This document shows positions 1 through 10,179 of a stretch of 64,000 nucleotides of DNA, piece by piece (the stretch's first letter is position 1; each line of letters opens with the position of its first letter). This DNA is from Cyanidioschyzon merolae. Taxonomy: Eukaryota. The stretch lies in NCBI GenBank assembly GCA_000091205.1, contig AP006497.2; one strand, 5' to 3'. The notes below the pieces were generated by a model. The model did not search any database. It was not told the origin of the DNA and worked only from the letters and a program-made list of their open reading frames with translations. Position numbers and translations under genes: made by a program.

Positions 1-1299
1 TTTGTGGATCGGTCTGGAGCACTTGAGAAAGTATATCTTGTCGGTGTTGGGCGGTCGTATTCTCGGAGCATCGGTCGAGAACGCGGGAACCTATGCAAGG
101 AAGGAATCCTTAGAATGTCGATTGCGGCAGATGACGTGCTGACGTTGGCGGCCGATGCTATCGATGCGCTTGTGCGTTCCAAAGAGGTGTCGCAACGAGC
201 GCGTTGATCGCTGCAGATCATCGAAGTTCATTGGGTCGCTCACGGCCTCGCAGCGGCGGACATCGTACCCCACGCTAGATGAACCGCGATGCATCTTGCG
301 CTATGACAATATCGAGAAGCGAACTCCCCCGAGCCAGGCGGACTTTCTTTCCGAATGCGAGCGCCCGAGCCGCTTCCACCGGCAATGACATGTGGTACCC
401 GAACGGGAGCTAGAGGCCGAGTATATCATCGTTGACGCATGGATAGCGTATGGTCTCCTTAATGGGCTATGGCTGGTCTCTGCGACCAACATTGCAGCAT
501 TCGAACAGCTTCGCGAAGAGCATCGGCCGCGCTTGTTCAAGATTTCCCGTTTACCGGAAAGAGAGACACAGAAGCATACATAGACGAGTGAGAGCAGCAG
601 ACGATCCTTCTGCATGTGCTATGTTAGACTCAGTGCTGAGTCGAATAACGGGGCTCGTTTTCAAATGCTCCAGGTAGCTTTTACAGACACTGCGTGGCGG
701 GCGTAGATTCCTGGTTGATGGGCGTCGTGGCGGTCGCAGTACCGCCAGACCAAGGTGACAGAGCCAAGAGACCCGTACGCAAAGCAAGTGAAGCTGCCCG
801 ACTTGCCCAGTGCCCAGGATCGTCGAGTCGGGCATGATATACGCCCGGGTGCATACGAACGAGCGGCATGACTGCTTCATGGACCATGGCAACGCCCTGA
901 GCATCGTATCGCGCAGAAGGAAATGCTTTGTACACTACGGTATGTGCGCTAATGAGCGTCCACACGGCTGTTGTGGACGATTTCTGGCCTCGGTACATAA
1001 GCCATCACGGAGATCGCCAACGTTTATTGATGGACGAATGCGAGAAGCGTACGTCTGCGAGCTTGTTCCATGAACAGGGAAGGTAGATGACCGATTACGC
1101 GCGTCATTTAGCGGCGGTGGGAGCCCCTGCCGCAGGACGCGTTGTCGAGCGAAATAGCTACGCTCCTCCTCTCTCGAACAGAGTGTACAGCGGGTGCAGG
1201 AATCGATTCTATAAGATTTCTGTCGATGCTTTCAGGATGACATTCGCGCGTCACGAGCACATGTGCTCGCTCCAAAACGTTTAGAAGCGGGAAGCGAAT

Positions 1300-1750
1300 C
1301 AGAGACGGACGCACGACATGGTGCCTCGCGTACGGACGGCATATTAGGTAGCGAGGCAATCGAAGGGAAACGACTTGCGGGGGTGTGATTCCACCAGCAA
1401 GCGTTCGCGCAAGCACTCGCTGCACCGTCACTTGAGCGTCTCGGTGAGCACTGGGAAATCTGTAGGAGTTCAGGAGTGTCCAGCGGCTTGGAGTTGTGCG
1501 AGCGTTAACGGAATCAATTTGTACACAGTGCATGGGTATTGTAGTGAATCGCAGGGGGCCTCGCGATGAAAACGATCATTAGTCACGAACGTGCGCATTG
1601 GACTCTCGCATGGTGCAACGCAAGGAAATGGTGCGGTTCAGCGATCCACTGAGACTGGAACGCCCTGCATACACACCAGAAATGGTTTACATTGCCATGC
1701 GGTAAACGACAATGGTGTTCCGTTGATTGCTATTTTTCTGAGTGCAAGTC
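1300..1750 (+). repeat. Copy A of a ~451-bp dispersed direct repeat, about 99% identical to 6933-7383
   Basis: Direct reading: the sequence starting 'cagagacggacgcacgacatggtgcctcgcgtacggacggcatattaggtagcgaggcaatcgaagg' and running through 'gattgctatttttctgagt[g/a]caagt' occurs twice with only a few substitutions. Flanks diverge immediately outside. Identical ORFs in the track (1375-1569 = 7008-7202; 1108-1533 shares 78 aa with 6423-7166) confirm this. Confidence 0.9.
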
Positions 1751-1883
1751 TGAAAATTAGCAAGTACCTTAGATCTGTACCAGGATGTCACCTTTTATTA
1801 GAATGCATGTGGCGAAGAAGGCAGCGCAACAGATTGAACGCTGCACTGCTGAATTGCGTTTCCTCCTCAAAACTGATCGAGTC

Positions 1884-2137
1884 CTTCGAAGCTCACCCAG
1901 CATCGGCATGATAGTTTTCAATCTCGACCGAGCATGTGCAATTGAATCGGGAACTGAGCCTCGCCTGGAATGGATTTGCGGCTGTACAGGATCTCGAATG
2001 CGGGAAAGGGCTTCGAAGCTCACCCAGCATCGGCATGATAGTTTTCAATCTCGACCGAGCATGTGCAATTGAATCGGGAACTGAGCCTCGCCTGGAATGG
2101 ATTTGCGGCTATACAGGATCTTGAATGCGGGAATAGA
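1884..2137 (+). repeat. Tandem duplication, 2 x ~127 bp
   Basis: The unit 'cttcgaagctcacccagcatcggcatgatagttttcaatctcgaccgagcatgtgcaattgaatcgggaactgagcctcgcctggaatggatttgcggct[g/a]tacaggatct[c/t]gaatgcggga' is present twice back-to-back (about 1884-2010 and 2011-2137), giving near-identical ORF fragments in the track. Confidence 0.9.
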
Positions 2138-3181
2138 GATACTGATCTAAAGCGCTGTGCAACAGAGTGTGCGCAGTCGCAAGGGGCTCCCCGCTTTCGT
2201 ATCATATAATCGGGGCTGCAGCGCGGCGCACAAAGAACGCTGTTTCGATCGTGGCTAGTGCGGGTGTTTCGCGCCCGCCGGTTACAGGTGTAGGGACAAG
2301 TACAAGGTCAGTCGACAGCTCGATACTAGCTCGCGAGCACGTATTTGAGCTACTGCTCTTTGCGGCCGAAACGAGAAAACTTGCATGCACAGCGATCCCT
2401 CGTCCTACAACCTGGCTGGCTCGGAGCGCCACACTCGATCTCTGCAAATGAATACGGTGTCGCTGCTCAGAGAGTTCCACAAAAGTAATGCTCCACGTGC
2501 AGCGATAGGCGCGCATGGCGTTGCGCGAACATAACCAAGATGCTTCGCGAGACGGGATACGCAGGCACCTACTTGCACACTCTGGCAACGTTCCGACACG
2601 TATCCCCGCTCGGAAAAGACCCCGTCGCGCCGCATCATCCCGAGTACGCGTCTGCGTGGAGAGAAGCCTATCTCTGCCCGCAGCCGATACCGCGATATCG
2701 AGAGAGCTGAGTCCTGAGCATGCAGCGTTCGAGTCCAAGCTACACAGCATCACGCCCATAGGAAACGCGATAAGCATTGTTGTGACGAAACGTTGGCCAT
2801 GCGAATTGTCTTGATTCGGCATGCACACAATCCATGCAGCCGGACCTTGACCTATCGAGTGCAATCGATGCGCGTACCAAGCGTTCGCTAGTGCACAATC
2901 GTCATCAGCGTCTTGAGATGCAGCCTCTGGGCTACGAAAATCCCAAGATGTTTTCGCATCGCCTACCAGCGATGCATCTGCAGAGCCCCGACTATGCACA
3001 CGCACACACCGGATCGAGTGCGTGCGTGCGCGCGTAAAATTCTCCCGCGATCACCGCAGGACACGCATCGCTGGCGGGGCGCCACTTTTTCCCTCCGATG
3101 CGTTTCCCGCGGAGACGGATAGCATCGCCCTACCGCTCCATTCATATCTAATTAACTCATGTATTCTTTCTGCTTTAGCCT

Positions 3182-3967
3182 ATGGCCTGTAGAATAAACG
3201 CGGAGAAGGACTTCGAGGCAGAGCCCGAGTCTTCCACGAGCGGTACAGGTAGCCGGGCGGAGCGCAACCGCGTTTTGCCTGAAAGAGCAGGCAGAGCAGC
3301 AGAGTCCATCGTATCCTGGGGTCCTGAAGTGTACGACGCTGCCGCTGCTTTGTCGCAGTTGCGCGAGAACACGCACTGCGGGCCGCCAACACAAACGAAG
3401 CGTCGTGGACGGCCAAAGAGAACTTTCCGTTCTCCGACACCTTTCGGGCCTACCGGACCGAACCGCCGCTGGAAGCGATTCGAGGCAGGTCCAGGGCTGC
3501 GTTTAGAACTGACGCGGACGGAACTCGAAAATAACGCGTCCACGCAAGTGGAGTGCCCTCAGCCGAGCTGTGGTCGTGTCTTTGGATCGCGGCAGGCGTT
3601 GGCCGCACACTTGCGGCATTTTCCATCTCATCGTTCTTTCTATAACGAAAACGTAGGTCATCGGTATGGTAACTCTCGCGTACGTATTCGCTACATCGCA
3701 GCAGAGGAGTCGCACCAGGCTGCTTGCGGATCGGAGATGGCGCCTTCTTCGGCGCCCTTGGCGACTGCCCGAATGGAGGTCCCAGTGGATCACGCATCCA
3801 GGGATCAGGCTGAGTCGAGGGAGCGTTTCGCCAAACGAAACCTTGTTGGCGGTCGTGTGCTGGGCAATCTCACCAATATCGCTGCCCAGATCAATGAACA
3901 AGGCGTTTCTGTGTGTGACGATGTGGCACGAACTCCGGGCGCCTTGGAATCGAAGCGCGTGTCGTAA
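3182..3967 (+). CDS. Putative DNA-binding protein with a single C2H2-like finger and an AT-hook-like KRRGRPKR. Weak call.
   Basis: The ORF contains 'CPQPSCGRVFGSRQALAAHLRHFPSH' (C-x4-C-x12-H-x2/6-H) and 'KRRGRPKR'. It lies inside the repeat-bounded segment and is overlapped by antisense ORFs of similar length, so it may be spurious. Confidence 0.25.
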   Translation: MACRINAEKDFEAEPESSTSGTGSRAERNRVLPERAGRAAESIVSWGPEVYDAAAALSQLRENTHCGPPTQTKRRGRPKRTFRSPTPFGPTGPNRRWKRFEAGPGLRLELTRTELENNASTQVECPQPSCGRVFGSRQALAAHLRHFPSHRSFYNENVGHRYGNSRVRIRYIAAEESHQAACGSEMAPSSAPLATARMEVPVDHASRDQAESRERFAKRNLVGGRVLGNLTNIAAQINEQGVSVCDDVARTPGALESKRVS

Positions 3968-4875
3968 GCCAGCTGGCACCGAAGACTCCGCAAGCCTACT
4001 TTCGCCTTCCAGGTGCGCGACTGGTGCGGTTACCAGAGGCGCACAGAAAGCGCCATCGAGTCGCACCAGCGTCACGGGGTCGTATACGTTTGCTGCTGCA
4101 ACCGCCCTGCTGTTGTTTCCTCCTGTTCATGATTGGTGCCAACGCTCCGATTCTTTCTGCGAAATGGTGACGGCAACGTAGCAATCACGCAGACAGCGCA
4201 ACCAGAACATGCGAATCACTGGATATCGTCTGGTTTGCCACACATCGCGAACCCATCTCTCAAATATGGTACCTGCACATGCTCCGGGTTCGAGTGCAGG
4301 CCACAGCGGTGCGCGTCTCTCAGAAATGGCATCGGCAGGAGCTTCCAGTTCGAGTGTAAGGCGCACCTCCTTGAACGCCGTGCAACGCGATGGTGCGATT
4401 CCTGATTGTCGGCGAGCTCGCAGGCTGCACGACCGGGGCATCGAGTGGATCATCCGAATAGAGGGAGCGCGTTGACGACCTCAGCGCCGAATGCATCCGC
4501 AAGAGATACGACTTTCGCATCCTTTACGCAGATCGTCTAAAGCAAGATTGATGATGGACACAAGCTCGACGAAGCGCCTTTGCTAGTGCGTGTGCATGAT
4601 CGCGAGGCATTCTGATACCGCAGTTTTCGAGGCCAGCCACGCCGCCCTTTTGCTGCGAAATACCCGCTCCATACGAGCGTCACTCGCTGTATCTCAATCG
4701 ACGACGTTGAAGCGATTGTGCAGACAGGAAAACATGAGGTTCTTAGGCAGGGTCAAAGCGGTTCTGGGCTCCAAGCTATGCGCAAACGCTGCCTTTGCCA
4801 AAAGGCCAAGCAGCTTGCATTCAGAATTCGAGGTGAGGCTCCGACGGAGGCTCAGCACGTCGGCAGTCTGTAACC

Positions 4876-6360
4876 CTAACGATTCATTTCGCTGGCGGGA
4901 GCGTCGTCCGAGACGGCCTGCAAACGGTAAATTAATTGAGCATGCGCAGCGATCAGGGATTCCCCTCTGGAGCCGAACACACAGCTCCCCATCTGATGAC
5001 GTAAGCGAGGAACCACAACAGATGCCACCCTAAGAGCGTCTTCCAGACGGTACACGTGGATTACACCGGCATCCGTTGCAACGCATACCAGGCCGGGATC
5101 AACGGCAGTCCCGATGTGGTCCTCATCGAGCGCGACATCGATAGCGCCGCATCCTCCTCCGCTGCCGCGCAGTCCAATGACCCTCTCGCCCCGCCCGGAC
5201 TGATTCCAGATATCTGTACCCTTCTCATAATCAAGGTAGCGTAACGAATCAGATGTTTTCACGACGAGACCGCGCGGGCCACAGCGCACGACTTCGACAG
5301 TACTCGCAACTGCTGCAAGGAGGCGACCACCGTCGAGTTCAGCCAGTCGACCCTGCAACACTTTGCTTTCCGCACCGGGTGCCTCGGCCGGCCCCGTCCA
5401 AGTGCTCTCCTCAAATCTGAGTTGCCACACTCGGATTTCGGACGGCTTCGTACGCGCTACGAAAAGCGCATCCTCCGGAGAGAGCGCGAGCGCTGTCGGC
5501 CGTTCCAGATGGACTCGCCCGATGAGCTGCACATGACGATGACCGCCCAGAAGCTGCCATACACAAACCCCATTCCCTGAGGCAGATGCGAAGACACCCT
5601 CGCGGCTGGGGTGGGCGCCCACCGCGCGAATGCCGAGTGCATCAGCAACCGCATGCAGATCGACTGCGGTACAGGCCTCTGCTGCGGAGAGCGGTTTTCC
5701 AGCTTCATGCGATATGATGAGGATTTCCGAGGCTTCCGCGATGCTGAGAACCCGCAGCCGACCAGAACGGCAGCCGATGACGACCAGCGTCTCCAGGGTT
5801 GCTTTGCCTCGTTCACTTGCTGGCACCCATCGCTCTAGCCAGGAGCGCTGCTCCCTCGTCGTGACCGGCAGTACGAAACAGCAACAGGTGAACTCGTCTC
5901 CATCCGAAGACCGAAAGGCAACACACAAGTCCAAGTTCGGACCCAGGTGCTCGTTATCATAAACAAAGCAATACTCGGAAGAAAGAGAGGCGATTAAGTT
6001 GTGTGCAGTTGCTTGCACTGTGTTGCGCTCGAGTGCGCGAATATCTTCGTTGTGCGGTTCACGAATGATTCGCTTAAGCTCCAGTTTCTTCAAGTTCGTT
6101 TCCCATACTGACATGAAGCGGAAAGTCCAAACGTCCTTAACTGACTTGTGCGCTACCCAGGTGAGTACGCACCAAAAGCGGTAGAAAAAAGATACGGAGA
6201 GAGCGCGGGCACGGGAGACGCGCGCCTTCCCGCGCCCTGGCCAGCACGACAGCTGCGCCATCGAATGTGTCGCAGCTGCGGATACGGGCTGGTGTGCGCT
6301 CGCAACCACTCGACGCAGTATCGACCATAGTGGATTCTCGGGGAAAAGCCTGATTTTCAA
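4876..6360 (-). CDS. WD40-like beta-propeller protein. The true start is probably an internal Met.
   Basis: The C-terminal two-thirds of the 494-aa ORF show repeated blade-ending motifs typical of WD repeats: 'SGNGVCVWQL', 'KPSEIRVWQL', 'TDAGVIHVYRL', 'GRLRVLSI'. No named family is recognised. Confidence 0.45.
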   Translation of the reverse strand: MKIRLFPENPLWSILRRVVASAHQPVSAAATHSMAQLSCWPGRGKARVSRARALSVSFFYRFWCVLTWVAHKSVKDVWTFRFMSVWETNLKKLELKRIIREPHNEDIRALERNTVQATAHNLIASLSSEYCFVYDNEHLGPNLDLCVAFRSSDGDEFTCCCFVLPVTTREQRSWLERWVPASERGKATLETLVVIGCRSGRLRVLSIAEASEILIISHEAGKPLSAAEACTAVDLHAVADALGIRAVGAHPSREGVFASASGNGVCVWQLLGGHRHVQLIGRVHLERPTALALSPEDALFVARTKPSEIRVWQLRFEESTWTGPAEAPGAESKVLQGRLAELDGGRLLAAVASTVEVVRCGPRGLVVKTSDSLRYLDYEKGTDIWNQSGRGERVIGLRGSGGGCGAIDVALDEDHIGTAVDPGLVCVATDAGVIHVYRLEDALRVASVVVPRLRHQMGSCVFGSRGESLIAAHAQLIYRLQAVSDDAPASEMNR

Positions 6361-6932
6361 TTAGACGTATGCGCGATGGTTGGTTGAAGCTCCATTCCAT
6401 GTTTGAAATGATGCATGCTTGCCTAGAAGACGATATTCGGTGCGCACTGGGGATATCTGGTTTGTCCCGACGATCCAATACGAAATATATCCATCGTTAG
6501 GCAGTGGCGGCGTCGTGCACTTGGACCTCCACGGTGCACGCCGCTCGTATCATGACAGTAAGGCAACGATGCCTGTATGTGGATGTGTGCTGGATACGGA
6601 ACGTCAGGAACGTGGGCCTGCGCGAGAACGTGGCAAGGCCATCCAGAGGGCACAGACAGCGTCGAACGGGCCCGTGAATCGGAATCGTGGGGTATCGGAG
6701 AGCGCCGCACTGGGGCAGCGGATAACCGTCGTATTCGTAAGGCGGATGTGGTCAGGGGCATTCCCCAGTTACCATGCGCTAAGTATTCGATGGTCCAGGT
6801 GAGGCCTTCGAACGATCTCGCTATTGATTGGGCTGTCTGTGGGCGGCCTATACAGAAGGTTTGTCGAATCAGGAAATCGTGTACGTGTGACCGTTGACAC
6901 ATCGGGAGTGAACCAGATTTCTCCGTAAAACC

Positions 6933-7383
6933 CAGAGACGGACGCACGACATGGTGCCTCGCGTACGGACGGCATATTAGGTAGCGAGGCAATCGAAGGG
7001 AAACGACTTGCGGTGGTGTGATTCCACCAGCAAGCGTTCGCGCAAGCACTCGCTGCACCGTCACTTGAGCGTCTCGGTGAGCACTGGGAAATCTGTAGGA
7101 GTTCAGGAGTGTCCAGCAGCTTGGAGTTGTGCGAGCGTTAACGGAATCAATTTGTACACAGTGCATGGGTATTGTAGTGAATCGCAGGGGGCCTCGCGAT
7201 GAAAACGATCATTAGTCACGAACGTGCGCATTGGACTCTCGCATGGTGCAACGCAAGGAAATGGTGCGGTTCAGCGATCCACTGAGACTGGAACGCCCTG
7301 CATACACACCAGAAATGGTTTACATTGCCATGCGGTAAACGACAATGGTGTTCCGTTGATTGCTATTTTTCTGAGTACAAGTT
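6933..7383 (+). repeat. Copy B of the ~451-bp dispersed direct repeat
   Basis: Same sequence as 1300-1750 in the same orientation, 5.18 kb downstream. No TG...CA termini and no obvious target-site duplication. Confidence 0.9.
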
Positions 7384-7493
7384 TACCAACCCCAGTACGA
7401 TGGAGCGCGTGACACAGCTTTCCGGTACGCATACCTGGTATTCCAACAACCCAGTGGACGTGCAAACACGAGCACAACCCCTTTGAACTGAAG

Positions 7494-8435
7494 TTGAAGG
7501 AAAGGTACATCGTGCAACGCTTTCCCAGTCCGGGATCATCGCGTTCATCTGTGCGACGCGGTGCTCTGGGATCGATTCGCATTCCGCGTGGAGCTTTGGT
7601 GCATGGAAACCGAATGTTTGTTGGAACGGGTACCGCAAGGTTTTTCGCCACAAAAGCCCAAAAGGCAGCAAATGCAGGACAGCAGCACGGCCGTTTTACT
7701 GGCTATGACCACGTCGTGCTCGTGAACCGAGTGAATGCGCCGCGACGACCTCGCGGTAACACGCGAAACGCTTCCAGTGCCTTGCGCATTCAGCAGCCTC
7801 TATCACTTTCAGCGAACTTGTTCCGGAACGAAAAGAAAAATGATTGGCCACGCTGTTTCCCGCAGGTGCTCTGTGGGCTTCTAGTGGCGTTGCAGCTCCA
7901 GTCGAGCGATTGCACGGTGTTCGCGAGCGCGAACCCCACCGAGAACGCTGGTACGGCACCGCTCGAAGCAGAGCCATACCTGAAACAAGGGCGACCCGTC
8001 CCAGCGACGACTGAGCCACTGACTCTGGGTCATGCCGCGGATGTTGAGCACCGCGTCACGCGCGACGCTACAGGCACCCTGATTCCCCTCGACATTGTGC
8101 AGCTGCGGGCACCGCGCGACGTTCGCTCGCCGCCAGTTCGGTCACGAGATGCCGTGCTTGTCCGGTACGTCGCGTTCCTTGAAGATGGAACTGTGATCGA
8201 AGACAAGAGAAACGGCAAAACTCCGGTTTTCTTCCGGGCGGGCACTGCAACCCTGCCGGCGGCTGTCGACTTGGGGGTGGAGGGTATGCGGGTCGGCGAG
8301 CAGCGACGTGTTCGCGTCCGAGCGGTGGACAACTTTCACGGAGTGAATCTGCGGCTAGGCGCTGCTGCTGTGGTACCACGTGAGAGTACCCTTTATTATG
8401 ACATAGAGCTGGTCGGGATCAATCCGTATTCGTAA
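7494..8435 (+). CDS. FKBP-type peptidyl-prolyl cis-trans isomerase, with the FKBP domain in the C-terminal ~120 aa
   Basis: The C-terminus 'VLVRYVAFLEDGTVIEDKRNGKTPVFFRAGTATLPAAVDLGVEGMRVGEQRRVRVRAVDNFHG...AAVVPRESTLYYDIELVGI' matches the FKBP consensus (hY.G.LeDGt.fD.s....P..F.lG...vI.G...Gv.gM.vGE.r.l.Ip...aYG....IP.....L.FdvELl). An internal hydrophobic stretch 'VLCGLLVALQL' could be a signal peptide if the start is downstream. Confidence 0.6.
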   Translation: MKERYIVQRFPSPGSSRSSVRRGALGSIRIPRGALVHGNRMFVGTGTARFFATKAQKAANAGQQHGRFTGYDHVVLVNRVNAPRRPRGNTRNASSALRIQQPLSLSANLFRNEKKNDWPRCFPQVLCGLLVALQLQSSDCTVFASANPTENAGTAPLEAEPYLKQGRPVPATTEPLTLGHAADVEHRVTRDATGTLIPLDIVQLRAPRDVRSPPVRSRDAVLVRYVAFLEDGTVIEDKRNGKTPVFFRAGTATLPAAVDLGVEGMRVGEQRRVRVRAVDNFHGVNLRLGAAAVVPRESTLYYDIELVGINPYS

Positions 8436-10179
8436 GCGGTAGATCCGGATCACGCGGGGCATCACATGGACGATTTCAGTTCGCGCTTCATGGGTATGAT
8501 CAAAAAAACTGGTGTGTGCACCTCTGCCCTGAATGATCGTAGTGCTTGCTGACGACCCAGGACGTGTTATTTGCACAAGCAATCGAGAATAGCTGCCAAT
8601 GACGCGTAACAAAACTGACCGAGCTGAAACCGTGACGAAATGTCGACGACTAGGTACCCGCGAGATGGAGTTCGGCCACGAGTCGTTGGCGCTCGTGCTT
8701 ATCACCGTGTACGCAACGACGACGCCAAAGTCAGCGTGAAATGGAACGGGTGTACACGCTCACGTTTGAGTCTCTTCCCATCGTTATCAATGCCAGCGTT
8801 TGCGCGCTTTTTCTGTGACTGTTTCCTTTTCATCTGTGCGAATACGGGTATTCTATAGGCCGGCTTCTGTTCTCGCTCCAGCGCCATTTTCAACGGTTGA
8901 GGGATGTTGATGGCAGCGTTAAAGTCGCGATTCCGTAGCTTGCTCCTGTTATCGAAGCGATTCATGCGTAAGCAAAAGTCACGAACAAAGCTTCACTTGT
9001 CGTTCTCATCTCCGTTGCGTCCAGCCTCGATACGCTTTTCGTGGCGCTGACACATGCTTGTTACGGGGGTGCTCCTGGGCGTCCGCCGCACTTGATCCTC
9101 CGAGAATCGCCCTGGGGCGCGTTCAGGTGTGCGTCATCGCGCTTTACATACCCTGGACGGATACAGAGGTGTCTCCCCGGTTCCATCATCCGTTTCCGCG
9201 TCCAGTTTATTACCCTACGATCACGACTTTCGTACGAGCGATCCGCTCGTCGAGTATCCTGCTCGCTGCGCGCGTACACTGTTCTTTTCGATAGAGAATT
9301 TGTGAAACACGGTGTTGCCCGTAATGGCACGAGAATCGGAAGGGACATAACGGCTGGAGAACGAGTCGTAGCATGTCCTTACGTCAACGCTGGCTTTGCC
9401 AAAACCGGTGATCGATGTTCCGCTGGAACCAATCGCTGCGAAGTCGCAAGTCCGAGTCCAAGACTCTATTCCATAATATAGAAGAGACGGCAGTCTCTAT
9501 GAACATGTCCCGTGGGCGGTAAAATGAGGATCTAGTGTTCGGTTCCGTCGATCTCCATGCGAAAATTTTTCTTTCCGATGGAGACGATTATCTAACATGG
9601 CAAGTTCAAGGAGCGCTTCGCTTGCGCCTATGAAGCGTTACTCAACGAACCATGCCGACGCTTTTTAGGCGGCGATCTAGCGACGCGAACTTTCTGCGCC
9701 CACGCGTTACTCTGAAACAGGAAGATCGAAAGCTTCAAAAAGACTAGAGTAGAGAAGCAGGATACATGTCAGCAAACTCGAAAAGCGGAGACGTGTGTAT
9801 ACGAATTGGAAGGCGATCTCGGTTGCTTTTACGAACCCAAGTGCGAGGGCGTCGTGAATCATCTTGACTTCAGCTACGAAATGCATCCCAGCGACAGAGA
9901 GTTGATGAACCCATTCTGAAAAGAGGACCGAGAACCCCAAATCTACATATGAATCTTTCAGCCCCGATCTCTACCCGAGAAATGTTGATGCTGTACATGT
10001 ACAAAAAAAAGAATCGAAAGACCGAACATGCAGGATAGGAACGACTCGTCCAGGGTTCCATTTTTAAGCGAAACGGACCTCGGCGCAAAAGCAAAAGCTT
10101 CCAACCAGTACAGATTTGAAACTTATCGACCAGCTCTCCGCTCTGGCCGACCGCCTCCCTCTCTCTCACCAGAACAGCA

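Noticed and set aside
4866-4880. Telomere-like 'aaccctaa'
   Set aside because: It is a single unit with no tandem array, internal to the window, so it is chance.
6423-7166. A 247-aa minus-strand ORF, and ORF 1108-1533 (-), sharing an identical 78-aa N-terminus, as a duplicated gene
   Set aside because: The shared part is just the translation of the 451-bp repeat. The two ORFs diverge exactly at the repeat boundary into unrelated low-complexity sequence. Both strands of the repeat give equally long ORFs, so neither is credible as coding.
1300-7383. Intact LTR retrotransposon, with the 451-bp direct repeats as LTRs
   Set aside because: The repeats do not begin or end with TG/CA. No tRNA-complementary primer-binding site follows the first copy and no polypurine tract precedes the second. 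There is no target-site duplication. The interior has no gag/RT/RNaseH/integrase-like ORF in any frame, only a WD40-like ORF.
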